Shown in pieces: positions 49,429 to 58,944 of a stretch of 64,000 nucleotides of DNA (position 1 is its first letter; each line of letters begins with the position of its first letter). Origin of the DNA: Calditrichia bacterium (lineage in GTDB: Bacteria; Calditrichota; Calditrichia; RBG-13-44-9; J075); the NCBI GenBank assembly GCA_050633245.1, contig JBOEGD010000001.1, positions 32,001 to 96,000 of the forward strand. Reading direction: 5' to 3'. The notes beneath the pieces are model-generated. The model searched no databases. It was not told the DNA's origin and was given only the letters and a program-made list of their open reading frames with translations. A program made the position numbers and the translations under genes.

Positions 49429-50448
49429 TTAAATAGCAACTCGGAGATAGTGTGCCCAGTATCCCTGCCAGCGATTGTATTGATTAGCAATTAGTGAGAT
49501 ACGTTTGGGCAGACTGTCTCCGTAAAAATGTGTTGCTGCTGTTATAAGTCCTCTATCGGTTATGGGGGCGCGTTCCATTCGGCCGAGGCCCTGCAACAGA
49601 ATAAAGCTGGCTGCCCAGGTATCAAGGCCGTCGAGGCGCTGCAGCCAATCGCTTACATCGTCATAAGGTGCCTTAGTCAAAAACTCATCATCTATTTCGT
49701 GAAATGCGCGTGCTGCTGCAAGGAGTTGATTTGCCGCCCCATCATTAAATAAAAATGACGTGAGCTCTTTTGCCGATGTATAGGCCAGGGCGTCTGCTTC
49801 TGGGAAGGCGTAATATCGACGATTTTCCATATGAATTTGTCGACCAAAATGTCTCATAAGCCTGCGTTTTATCAGGCGAGCTTCAGCAACGCTGGTGTTA
49901 CCGGCAAGCAGCGCCCAGCAGGCACTCTCGAATGGCGTTAGGAACTTAACCTGATGAAAGCCATACAGCCGTTGGATAATCGGCTGAAAGTGAGGATCGC
50001 TATAGCCAATGCGATAAAAGGAGTTGAGATCATCCGTAAGGCTAAGAAAAAAGCGAATTCTATCTAGTGCCAGATGCCGTGTATTCTGAGAGATTGCTTT
50101 TTCTGAGAACAGCGTATACGATAAGAGCGGAGAATCCACCGTACCGGCTGAGGATACTTGAAAGAGAATAGCCTGATTATTTATGGAAATTGCTTTTAAC
50201 AGCGCTTTTCTTTCGGCGGACGTTTCCGAAAGTGCCAAACCGAGATAGGCCATAGATTGCTTAATATCGAATGGGGGAGTGGGGTAAAGGTTGCCGGTTT
50301 GTGAAAACAAAGGCTGAAGCGAGGTATGAAGCGAATCGCCATCGGCTGTTTGGTTGCCGACAGATGTGTTTACCTCGTTGTTTACGGCAGCAGCCCGTGC
50401 TGAGACAAGATTCAAGGTGGTCTGCTCATTCACAGAGCGTGTGCCCAT
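49429..50448 (-). CDS. alkA: DNA-3-methyladenine glycosylase II (AlkA/YfjP-like, HhH-GPD)
   Basis: PPFD, PFE..CWALL, HhH LDGLDTWAA, PITD aspartate, WQGYWAHYL. Confidence 0.8.
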   Translation of the reverse strand: MGTRSVNEQTTLNLVSARAAAVNNEVNTSVGNQTADGDSLHTSLQPLFSQTGNLYPTPPFDIKQSMAYLGLALSETSAERKALLKAISINNQAILFQVSSAGTVDSPLLSYTLFSEKAISQNTRHLALDRIRFFLSLTDDLNSFYRIGYSDPHFQPIIQRLYGFHQVKFLTPFESACWALLAGNTSVAEARLIKRRLMRHFGRQIHMENRRYYAFPEADALAYTSAKELTSFLFNDGAANQLLAAARAFHEIDDEFLTKAPYDDVSDWLQRLDGLDTWAASFILLQGLGRMERAPITDRGLITAATHFYGDSLPKRISLIANQYNRWQGYWAHYLRVAI

Positions 50449-50912
50449 CAGCTAATCTCCCGAATAACCTGTATAACCTTTCCGAGAACGGTAAAACCCG
50501 GTGTCTCGGGATCGATAATAAGAATGCGATCGGGTTCGTCCGTGCTTTCAAGGCGTATTCTGTTGTGGCTGTTTGAGTAGCGGCGTATCAGTACTTTCTC
50601 TCCCAACGTAACTGCAACAACATCACCATCAACGATATGCTCTCGCGATGCAATAACAGCATTGTCGCCTTTACAGAGCCCGGCGCCTTTCATGCTATTG
50701 TCTGAAACCAGCATGCTAAAACGCTTAAGCGACTCCAGACGATTGACGATATGTTTCGCCAAATCACCGGGAGTTCCATCCGTCTGTTCCATTAAAAATT
50801 CCACCCGAGGCAGCTGCAGAAATTCTTCATTCTGCACATCTGCCTGTTTTGGTGTCATTTTTTTCTTAGTGACCGGCGTTCCGGCCTTTGCTGAACGTTT
50901 AGTTAACCACAT
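50448..50912 (-). CDS. S24 (LexA/UmuD C-terminal) domain protein, probably protease-inactive
   Basis: VSDNSM.GAGL..GD, DGDVVAV, LIRRY (Lys replaced by Arg), VLGKV. No HTH and no Ala-Gly cleavage site. Confidence 0.75.
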   Translation of the reverse strand: MWLTKRSAKAGTPVTKKKMTPKQADVQNEEFLQLPRVEFLMEQTDGTPGDLAKHIVNRLESLKRFSMLVSDNSMKGAGLCKGDNAVIASREHIVDGDVVAVTLGEKVLIRRYSNSHNRIRLESTDEPDRILIIDPETPGFTVLGKVIQVIREIS

Positions 50913-51522
50913 TGCGAATCAATCCAACCACTTTGCCCTGAATATTCCAGTCGCCCTGCGGACGAATGTCTTCATAAGCCGGGTTTTCAGCTTTCAGATA
51001 GCGCTGGCCACCATCGTCAATTAGCCGTTTTACAGTAACTTCACCGTCAATTAATGCCACAACAATTTGGTTGGCTTCAGAAACGTTGGCAGACTTTACA
51101 ATGACCAAATCGCCATCCATAATACCGGCGTTGATCATAGAATCTCCACGAACGCGCAGCGTAAAGTAGTTACCTTCTGTCTTAATCAGATTACGCGGAA
51201 TACTTACATATTCATCAATGTTTTGTTCTGCAAGAATCGGGTGACCGGCAGACACCTGACCGATTAACGGCAGATTAATAATACTGCCCGGAGGTGGTGC
51301 CTGGTAGCGTTTATCTACAATGCGCAGACTGCGTGCCGTGGTTCCAGTCTTTTCGAGATAACCTTTGCGAATGAGCGCTTCAAGATGGCGAACAACACCA
51401 TGCTTGGATGCGATACCAAAATTATCTGCTATTTCCTGATAGCTCGGTGGATAGCCATACTCTGAAAGATATTCGGAAATAAATTTCAGCACTTCCTCCT
51501 GCCGATTGGTCAGGCCCTTCAT
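50899..51522 (-). CDS. lexA: SOS repressor LexA
   Basis: LTNRQEEVL, GYPPSYQEIA, HL.AL..KGY wHTH; VSAG cleavage site; GDSM Ser; TVKR Lys. GAAAGGA RBS before ATG at 51522. Confidence 0.95.
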   Translation of the reverse strand: MKGLTNRQEEVLKFISEYLSEYGYPPSYQEIADNFGIASKHGVVRHLEALIRKGYLEKTGTTARSLRIVDKRYQAPPPGSIINLPLIGQVSAGHPILAEQNIDEYVSIPRNLIKTEGNYFTLRVRGDSMINAGIMDGDLVIVKSANVSEANQIVVALIDGEVTVKRLIDDGGQRYLKAENPAYEDIRPQGDWNIQGKVVGLIRNVVN

Positions 51523-51592
51523 ATGTTGTGTCCTTTCGAATATTGCACATAGTGTATCGCCAGGCTGATAAAGTCCGTTGTTGGCAGCGGGC

Positions 51593-51675
51593 GTATACAT
51601 AAGTTCACTTTAACAATACAACGTAAAATAGGTATTGTCAAGAAAAAAAGTCAAAAAAGATGTAGATTTGTTCAC
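51593..51675 (-). promoter_or_regulatory. lexA promoter with putative SOS boxes
   Basis: Minus-strand TTGACA (51641-51636), 17 bp, TATTGT (51618-51613). GTATAC-ATAA-GTTCAC (51593-51608) lies over the predicted start site; weaker ATGTAG-ATTT-GTTCAC at 51660-51675. Confidence 0.75.
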
Positions 51676-51776
51676 TATTCTTGGCTGTGGAGTAAAAAAG
51701 AACGAAATAACGTATTTTATTGAAGTTAGCACTGGACTTAAAGCTGTTGATATTTGCATGGGGTTATCGTAATTTC

Positions 51777-51930
51777 AGAAGCGAGATGCAAGAAGCGAGA
51801 TGCAAGAAGCGAGATGCAAGAAGCAAGATGCAAGAGGTAAGAACCCGGAACCATTATTTTTCACTGTTCACTTTTCACTGTTCACTGTTCACTGTCATTC
51901 ATAATTCATCAATAATAACTCATCAATCAC
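51777..51930. repeat. Short tandem repeat cluster (7-bp-based units)
   Basis: AGAAGCGAGATGCA x4 (one variant), TTCACTG-like x5, degenerate TCATAAT-like units. Confidence 0.9.
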
Positions 51931-51931
51931 A

Positions 51932-52702
51932 ATGTCTTTATACGTTCAAATACTCGGTAGTGGAACATCAATGGGCGTGCCAATGGCCGGCTGCACCTGT
52001 GCAACATGCCTGTCAGAAGATCCCAAGGATAAACGTTTGCGAACCAGTGCACTTATTCGTGCCAATGATAAACAAGTGCTCATCGATACCTCTGTCGACT
52101 ATCGTCAGCAGATGATTCGCGCCAAAGTGAAGCACCTCGATGCCGTCGTTTATACCCACCATCATGTCGATCATATATTAGGTATGGATGATTTGCGCAG
52201 TTTTATGCTGCTGAACAAGACAGATATGCCGCTTTACGCCATGGCCGAAACGACAGAGAATATTAAGCGCGTGTTTAGCTACGCTTTTCAAACAACTAAC
52301 TATGGTTCGCTTCCACAGCTTAAGTTGAATCTCATCGATGAAGCACCATTCGAAGCAGCAGGCATTCCGTTTATGCCGGTTCCGCTGATGCACGGCAAGA
52401 TGCCGGTGATGGGCTACCGAATCGGTAATTTTGCTTATTGTACAGACGTCAGCTTTATTCCGGAATCTTCTTTTGCTCTTCTTAAAAACCTTGATGTGTT
52501 GATATTAGATGCTCTGCGATACAAAACGCATCCTACACATTTTAGCGTGGACGAAGCAATCGCCGCAGCTAAACGTATCGGAGCAAAAAATACCTACTTT
52601 ACCCACATTTCGCATGATATTCAGCATGCCACGGCGGAATTACCGGAATCGATCCATCTCGCTTACGACGGCCTTTCCTTCGAGCTGGATTCTTTATTAT
52701 GA
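51932..52702 (+). CDS. MBL-fold metallohydrolase, PhnP family
   Basis: LGSGTS.GVP..GC.C..C, R.RTS, THHHVDHILG.DD, HG, YCTD, HF, THISH, AYDG. Confidence 0.9.
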   Translation: MSLYVQILGSGTSMGVPMAGCTCATCLSEDPKDKRLRTSALIRANDKQVLIDTSVDYRQQMIRAKVKHLDAVVYTHHHVDHILGMDDLRSFMLLNKTDMPLYAMAETTENIKRVFSYAFQTTNYGSLPQLKLNLIDEAPFEAAGIPFMPVPLMHGKMPVMGYRIGNFAYCTDVSFIPESSFALLKNLDVLILDALRYKTHPTHFSVDEAIAAAKRIGAKNTYFTHISHDIQHATAELPESIHLAYDGLSFELDSLL

Positions 52703-52812
52703 CAGCCAACGCTAAAAAATCCACTTTGTTTTCCACAGCGCGGATCAATTTACCAACCACTTGGTTTCAGTATATTGATTTACATTTTATTATAGCTCGG
52801 AAAGCTTTTGGG

Positions 52813-54207
52813 ATGCGATTACTTCTATTTCCACTTTTAACCATTTTGCCGATGTGGGCGCAAACAAGCGCAACTCTCAGTACCGCTCAATATCGCGCGA
52901 TCTACAGTGCGGCGCAGCTCATCGAGGCAGCTGATGCATGTGAGCTCGACTGGAAACCCTACCATGAAGCGTTTGTTAATGCACAGAAAAAGAAGGCATT
53001 GGCTGAAGGCTGGTCTTTGGGAACTCAGGCACGAGCCACACTGCAATTGCGGGAAATACGCGAGGGGTTAGCTGCTCAGCTGTCTGCGGCGTGTTCGCAA
53101 GAACGACAAGATTCGCTTTCGATTCGCCTGGAAGTTGAAAAAGAACGGCTTACGGCTGAGGCAGATCCGGGTGATGACAATTGGGTGTTGAAGCCACGGG
53201 GAAAAAATTGGCTGCATATTTCAGGAACACAGCCCGTGGTTGATGAAGCTGTCTATAGCCTGGATGGCTCGGAAATAAGCGGCAATTTTAAGAAATTACC
53301 CTTAGGTAGCGCCCTGCGTCAAAATGGTCGCATCACCTGGATTGAAAATCCTGTTGGAGCAGAAAAAACCTATGCTCGGAGATGGATTGCTCCCAATGAT
53401 CTAAAAAGTGTCGCGCCAGAGTTTCTTAACCTCAGACCACTGTTCTATTACGATGAAGATCTTGAAGTATTAGCAACTCAGGCAAGATTAGACCACAGCG
53501 TTTTTGAAAAAGCTCTCAATGCCTATCAATCAGGTGACATTGAAAAAGCACGCAGACACCTTGAAGAGGTGGAAGAGGATACTTTCGTGCGTAGCTCAAC
53601 TGAATTCTGGTTGTTGCGGGCATATATAGAAAATCAAAAGGGGCGAACTTCAAAAGCTCGTAGCTATGTTAGCAGTTTATCTGAAAGCATAAACCGAAAC
53701 TCTCGTACAGAGTTATTGATGCGTAATTTGTTATTCGAACTCGGCGGGAAATCTTTCGATCTTGGCGGGAGCTCTAATGGGACGACCGAGAGTCGATCGA
53801 ATTATAACGCGATTATACTTGAAATAGCCCGCAATGATTCCATTGAAGTGTTGGGCATCTATTCTGACGGAGCAGTTATGCTGGCCTTTAGCGAAAGTGG
53901 TGGGATTGTTCTGGAACGATATCATAGAGAGCGGCTGATTTGGGATGTTCAACTTGCGGCAATTACTCTTGTGAGAAAAGGCTCGTTGCTTGAGTTTGGA
54001 GTTCGTAATAATATGTCCGGCAGGAAAAATTTGAAGCTTCCGGAACAGGGCTCGGTTAAAATGACGTTGCTGAATGGGCGGACTCAAAACTCCAAAGTGT
54101 TCCCAATCCGGATGCTTGATGAGAGTATTGACATACTGTGGTTCAAGGTCCGCGGTCTATTAAATGTTTTGAAAGACACGTATTATATTGCCGAAATAGA
54201 TCGCTAA
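52813..54207 (+). CDS. Secreted hypothetical protein with TPR-like helices
   Basis: Signal-peptide-like start MRLLLFPLL; helical repeat region (ALNAYQSGDIEKARRHL). Start is uncertain (ORF track gives 52699). Confidence 0.6.
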   Translation: MRLLLFPLLTILPMWAQTSATLSTAQYRAIYSAAQLIEAADACELDWKPYHEAFVNAQKKKALAEGWSLGTQARATLQLREIREGLAAQLSAACSQERQDSLSIRLEVEKERLTAEADPGDDNWVLKPRGKNWLHISGTQPVVDEAVYSLDGSEISGNFKKLPLGSALRQNGRITWIENPVGAEKTYARRWIAPNDLKSVAPEFLNLRPLFYYDEDLEVLATQARLDHSVFEKALNAYQSGDIEKARRHLEEVEEDTFVRSSTEFWLLRAYIENQKGRTSKARSYVSSLSESINRNSRTELLMRNLLFELGGKSFDLGGSSNGTTESRSNYNAIILEIARNDSIEVLGIYSDGAVMLAFSESGGIVLERYHRERLIWDVQLAAITLVRKGSLLEFGVRNNMSGRKNLKLPEQGSVKMTLLNGRTQNSKVFPIRMLDESIDILWFKVRGLLNVLKDTYYIAEIDR

Positions 54208-54217
54208 AGGATTCTCA

Positions 54218-55672
54218 TTGAGCATTGCAAAACAAATTTCCCGGCTGGCGCAGCACTCGGCAATCTACGCGATCAGCACGGCTATCCAGAAGCTGGCAGG
54301 CTTTATCTTACTGCCGGTTTATACCAATACCGCATATATCGCTTCACGCAGTGAATTCAGTGACTACGCAACCATCTTTGCGTTTACTGCCTTCATGCAT
54401 TATTTCTACGCTTACGGTATGGATAGTGCGCTGCTGCGTTACTTCTTCATCGGTGAACGCGATCGCAAAACCGTCTTTTCCACCACATTCTTTGTCTTGA
54501 TTGTCAGTAGCCTTGCCACGACAAGTATTCTTTTGTTCTTCAGCGAATCTGTTGCAAGCATGCTCTTTGGAAGCGGTTCATATGTCCTTTTTGTGCAGCT
54601 TGCTGCTGCCACGCTATTTTTTGACGTGCTGGGAAATATGCCCTATCTGGTGCTGCGAGCAGAAGAAAAACCGCTTCAATATACCGCCTTTCGCGTGCTG
54701 CGCTTTGCGCTGGAGCTCGGATTAAATATCTACTTTGTGGTCTTCCTGCGAACCGGTGTCATTGGTATAATGTATACCATCCTCATTGCTTCCATTGTGA
54801 ACTTCCTGGTGACGCTGCCGGTAACACTGCGATATTTACGCGCCGTTTTCGATACCGCACTCTGCAAGGAAATGCTTGCCTTTGCGCTTCCATTTCTGCC
54901 AAATGGAATTGCCTTTACGATGATCGAGTTAATTGATCGCTTTATCATTCCGGCAGTATTAGACAAAGATGCGCTGGGACTGTATTCAGCCAACTATAAG
55001 TTTGGAACGATTCTGCTGCTATTGGTAATTGCATTTCGCAACGCCTGGCAGCCCTTTTTTTTGAAAGTTGCCAAGCAGGAAAATGCCAAATCTATTTATT
55101 CTCGCGTACTGACCTATTTTTGCCTCGGAGCCGGGATTATTGTCATTGGCGGAACGTTTTTTATTGATGACCTGCTAACGACCGAGTTTGCCGGTCGATC
55201 TTTTCTCGGTAAAGCCTATTGGGATGCCACCGGTTTAATTCCTATCATCTTACTCTCATATTTGTTTTTTGGGATGTATGTTATTTTTACTCCGGGCTTC
55301 TATATCGAGAAGAAAAGTCGCTACATGGTCATATTCACTGGAAGTGGTGCAGCAGTTAATATTATTGCGAATCTAATTCTCTTGCCAAAGATTGGCGTGT
55401 TTGGCGCCGCCTGGGCCACCGTCTTTAGCTATGCCACCATGGCACTTACCATATATATTGCCACTCAACGCATTTATCCCATCCCCATCGAATGGGGTCG
55501 CATATTGAAATGCTTTCTGCTAATTGCTGCAGCTATGTCAGTTCACTATCTCTTTCCCATGGCGTTGTTATGGCGAATTCTGCTGTTTATAGTTGTCGGA
55601 ATAGCCTTTTTGGGTATTCTGGAACGCTCGGAGCGTTCCGTCGTTAAATCGGTTATCACTAAGTTTTTTTAA
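54218..55672 (+). CDS. Polysaccharide flippase (Wzx/MOP superfamily)
   Basis: HSAIYAIS, LLPVYT, YGMDSALLRY, IDRF, GLYSANYK, LLPKIGVFGAAWAT; 12-14 TMs. Confidence 0.88.
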   Translation: MSIAKQISRLAQHSAIYAISTAIQKLAGFILLPVYTNTAYIASRSEFSDYATIFAFTAFMHYFYAYGMDSALLRYFFIGERDRKTVFSTTFFVLIVSSLATTSILLFFSESVASMLFGSGSYVLFVQLAAATLFFDVLGNMPYLVLRAEEKPLQYTAFRVLRFALELGLNIYFVVFLRTGVIGIMYTILIASIVNFLVTLPVTLRYLRAVFDTALCKEMLAFALPFLPNGIAFTMIELIDRFIIPAVLDKDALGLYSANYKFGTILLLLVIAFRNAWQPFFLKVAKQENAKSIYSRVLTYFCLGAGIIVIGGTFFIDDLLTTEFAGRSFLGKAYWDATGLIPIILLSYLFFGMYVIFTPGFYIEKKSRYMVIFTGSGAAVNIIANLILLPKIGVFGAAWATVFSYATMALTIYIATQRIYPIPIEWGRILKCFLLIAAAMSVHYLFPMALLWRILLFIVVGIAFLGILERSERSVVKSVITKFF

Positions 55673-55721
55673 CAGGTGGTCGAAGATTTAAAGAGGAAAA
55701 CCTAATAAAGCAGGAATAAGG

Positions 55722-56126
55722 ATGAAACACAGTCGCCCCAACTTGTTCTGGAATATACTCTTTTGGCTCTACGCTATTGCCCTTTTTGTGGTGATCTTCT
55801 TAGCTTATCACGGTATTATTCCGCTGCGCATTACCGGTATTCCCAACTACGACCTTTACTTGCACTTCTCTTTAATGGGGATGCTGGCCTTCCTTGGACA
55901 TCGAGCGTTAAACCGCCGCTATACCGGATTATTTCGCTTTGCTGTTCCGCTGGCTCCTTTTCTTGTCTCTCTGTTTTCTGTGGTCGAAGAGTTCCTACAG
56001 CTACTTTCTGCAATGCGTATTTTTGAGTTTAGCGATATGATGGCAAATCTGGGCGGGGTCTGGTGTTTTTATCTGCTGGATCGGCTTTGGCAGGTTCTAA
56101 CAGAAAACCGCCGTCACCTGACGTAA
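55722..56126 (+). CDS. VanZ-family membrane protein
   Basis: D..LHF, EEFLQ, R.F..SDM.AN..G. Confidence 0.8.
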   Translation: MKHSRPNLFWNILFWLYAIALFVVIFLAYHGIIPLRITGIPNYDLYLHFSLMGMLAFLGHRALNRRYTGLFRFAVPLAPFLVSLFSVVEEFLQLLSAMRIFEFSDMMANLGGVWCFYLLDRLWQVLTENRRHLT

Positions 56127-56225
56127 TTCTTCATTGCATCCTGACCCACTTCGGCTTAAGTTATTGCGCAGCACGTCATCAGCTAAAATCTGATCAGGCA
56201 TATTTTTTAGGCACTGCCTGCGAAC

Positions 56226-58385
56226 ATGCAAGACCCCGGATCATACATGTCTGAAAATACTCTGCGCATTGCCTTTCTATGGCATTTCCATCAGCCGAAC
56301 TATAAAAATGCACGTGGGTTTTATCACCTGCCGTGGTTGCGTTTTCATGCCACAAAAGATTATCTGAATTTTGCTCTCCTGTTTAAGTCTTTCCCGAAGC
56401 TAAAACAGAACGTAAACATTGTGCCGTCTCTGTTAATTCAGCTGGAGGACTATATTCAGAATAATGCCCGGGACAATATCTGGTTGCTCAGCGAGAAACC
56501 GGCTGATGAGCTGGATGCTGCGACGCGACAGTCTATTCTGGAACACTTTTTTGTGGCAGATGAAGAGCGTATGATTCGCCCTTACCCGCGCTACCATGCA
56601 TTATATCGGCGCTATGCCGAAGAGCTCTCGCAACTGGAGCCTCGGGAACGCGTAATTCATTTTGATACGCAGGACTATCTCGATCTGCAAATTTGGTATA
56701 ATCTAATCTGGTTTGGAGAAGTTGTGCGCGAACGTCCGGGTATTGCCGGCTTATTCGACAAGGCACAGCGCTTTTCTGAGAAAGACAAAGATATTCTTTT
56801 TACAGAAACGGTCGCGGTGCTTTCGGAAGTAACGGATGCCTTTCGCGAACTGTGGGAATCCGGGCAGATTGAGCTCTCTACGTCACCTCTTTTTCATCCT
56901 GTTTTACCTCTGCTGATAGACAATACCATTGCTCTGGAAACCAATCAGGATATTGTGCTTCCCAAGACGCCGCAACGCTTGCCAGACGATGCGGAGAACC
57001 AACTCGTTGAGGGTATGGCTAAATTTACAGACGTGTTTGGTGCGGCACCGGCCGGAATCTGGCCTCCTGAAGGTGGAGTGTCTGCCGAAGCGATGCGTAT
57101 GATTGCGCTACAGAACGTTCGCTGGAGTGCAACGGATGAAATTATTTTAAAGCGCAGTCTGGACGTCAAGCGTTTAGGAAGTCAGCTTTATCAGCCACAT
57201 CGTTACAAGGCCGGTGGAAGAGAAATCTCGATGTTCTTTCGCGATCACTATTTATCCGATACTATTGGCTATGTGTACTGCAATTGGGATAGTGCGCGTG
57301 CGGTAAATGATTTTATCAGCAGATTGAGACATATTCGCAATTTAATCCTTGCTGAAAAAGGTGGGAAGAAGCTCAAGGACCATTTAGTGACGATCATCCT
57401 GGATGGCGAAAACTCATGGGAGCACTACCCGGAAAACGGCCATCGCTTTTTGACTGAGCTGTTTACGCGCTTGTCGACTGAGAGTGAGCTGGAAACCATC
57501 TGCTTTTCAGACTTCCTCGATAGTGAGCCCGTTCTGCCTGAACTTCCCGAGTTAAAACCAGGCAGCTGGATATACGCCAGTTTCGACTATTGGATAGGCA
57601 CACCGGAAGAAAATAAAGCATTGGAATTGCTAACGCAAACCCGACAGTTTTTGAAGGAGACTGAAGAGCGTGGCGTTATTCCGGCCAATGATCTTGCTGC
57701 TGCCTGGAGACATATTCATTCTGCGCAGGGTTCAGACTGGTGCTGGTGGTACGGAGATGATAAGGCTTCCTTTCAGGCGCTGGCGTTCGATCAGCTGTTC
57801 AGAGAGCAGCTGATGTGCGTATATGAGCTATGCAATGGTGAAGCGCCAACCGAATTGTTTCAGCCTATCAAACGCACGCAACATGATGAGTTTAATCTTG
57901 TAGGAACGCGACAGCCTATTTCACCAGTTATTGGAGAGGCGACAGCCAAGGATTGGGAAGGGGCGGCTGTTTACGATTGTAGTAGGGATGCCCATGATGC
58001 GATGCGGCGAACGGCACGTATTCTGGAGCGCTTATATATTGGTTTTGATGATGAGATGCTTTATCTTCGTGTCGATTTTTCTCGCAAACTTGAACTGCTG
58101 TTTGAATTTGTTCTGGGAATAAAAATGCCTTCTAAAATAACGTTGGTGCTTTCTCCCCTTCGCGGCGTAGTTGAGCGTTTTGAAACGATTGGCAAGGTGA
58201 AGCAAAAGACGGTTTTAGCGCCAAGGTTTTCGGTTGGTGATTCGTTTGAAGCGGCCATTGCATTGAAGGATATTGGCCTGCAACCGGGCGAGCCATTTGG
58301 ATTTCAATTCCTGGTAAAATTAAATCGCCAGCATATTGAAGTGTTTCCTCAGAATAAACTGCTGGAATTGGAACTACCGTTGTAA
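56226..58385 (+). CDS. Glycoside hydrolase family 57 (amylopullulanase-like)
   Basis: FLWHFHQP, PWLRFHA.KDY, GIWPPEG (nucleophile Glu), ILDGENSWEHY (acid/base Asp), GSDW.WW. Start may be 56247. Confidence 0.9.
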   Translation: MQDPGSYMSENTLRIAFLWHFHQPNYKNARGFYHLPWLRFHATKDYLNFALLFKSFPKLKQNVNIVPSLLIQLEDYIQNNARDNIWLLSEKPADELDAATRQSILEHFFVADEERMIRPYPRYHALYRRYAEELSQLEPRERVIHFDTQDYLDLQIWYNLIWFGEVVRERPGIAGLFDKAQRFSEKDKDILFTETVAVLSEVTDAFRELWESGQIELSTSPLFHPVLPLLIDNTIALETNQDIVLPKTPQRLPDDAENQLVEGMAKFTDVFGAAPAGIWPPEGGVSAEAMRMIALQNVRWSATDEIILKRSLDVKRLGSQLYQPHRYKAGGREISMFFRDHYLSDTIGYVYCNWDSARAVNDFISRLRHIRNLILAEKGGKKLKDHLVTIILDGENSWEHYPENGHRFLTELFTRLSTESELETICFSDFLDSEPVLPELPELKPGSWIYASFDYWIGTPEENKALELLTQTRQFLKETEERGVIPANDLAAAWRHIHSAQGSDWCWWYGDDKASFQALAFDQLFREQLMCVYELCNGEAPTELFQPIKRTQHDEFNLVGTRQPISPVIGEATAKDWEGAAVYDCSRDAHDAMRRTARILERLYIGFDDEMLYLRVDFSRKLELLFEFVLGIKMPSKITLVLSPLRGVVERFETIGKVKQKTVLAPRFSVGDSFEAAIALKDIGLQPGEPFGFQFLVKLNRQHIEVFPQNKLLELELPL

Positions 58386-58513
58386 TTGATGAATGATGAG
58401 TTATGATTGACAATTGACAATTGACCAATATGGTTCCGATTTCCGATTTCCGATTTCCGATATCCGATTTCCGATTTCCGATATCCGATTTCCGATTTCC
58501 GATTTCCGATTTC
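58385..58513. repeat. Heptamer tandem repeats
   Basis: (T/A)TCCGAT x11 at 58434-58510, preceded by degenerate TGATGAA/TGACAAT units. Confidence 0.92.
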
Positions 58514-58564
58514 TAAATAGACACAAAAAAATTACTATTTGCTTAAATAATACAGGATATACTT

Positions 58565-58891
58565 ATGCCAAAGAAAGAAATTGTGTTTAGCATTGAGTTG
58601 GACGATAATAAAATGCCAAAGTCTATTGAATGGCAAGCAACTGATGCACCATTTAAAGGAAAAAAGGCCTGCTCAGCCATGATGATTTACCTATGGGACC
58701 GCGATAATGAAGCGCCGATGAGCATGGACTTATGGACAAACGAAATGATGATCCATCACATGAACGGTATGGTGTTCAATAATATGATGAGTATGGCCGA
58801 TACCTATCAACGGGCCACACGGAACGATGATGGTGCCAACGCCATGCGCGAGTTTGCCAAGCAGTTCGCCGAAAAATCCAAGAACAAGTAA
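58565..58891 (+). CDS. gldC: Gliding motility protein GldC homolog
   Basis: EIVFSIELDDNKMPKSIEW.ATD, WD, MDLWT.EM, MADTY.RAT. Confidence 0.85.
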   Translation: MPKKEIVFSIELDDNKMPKSIEWQATDAPFKGKKACSAMMIYLWDRDNEAPMSMDLWTNEMMIHHMNGMVFNNMMSMADTYQRATRNDDGANAMREFAKQFAEKSKNK

Positions 58892-58944
58892 AAACAGGGC
58901 AATCGTCGTATTTACCAATCGCGATTGCCGATTTATGGTAACAT

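Noticed and set aside
50448-50912. Calling this gene umuD
   Set aside because: It has no cleavage site, the catalytic Lys is replaced and no umuC is adjacent.
51523-51600. N-terminal extension of LexA given by the ORF track (start 51600)
   Set aside because: That ATG lies inside the operator at the predicted transcription start. The ATG at 51522 has a good RBS and matches LexA N-termini.
51860-51894. GTTCAC half-sites within (TTCACTG)n near lexA as additional SOS boxes
   Set aside because: They arise from the tandem repeat unit, lack the left half-site and lie about 200 bp or more from the lexA promoter.
51720-52115. 131-aa ORF spanning repeats upstream of the PhnP-like gene
   Set aside because: Repeat-derived, and it overlaps the real gene out of frame.
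58434-58510. Repeat arrays as possible CRISPR
   Set aside because: The units are contiguous 7-mers without unique spacers, and no cas genes are present.
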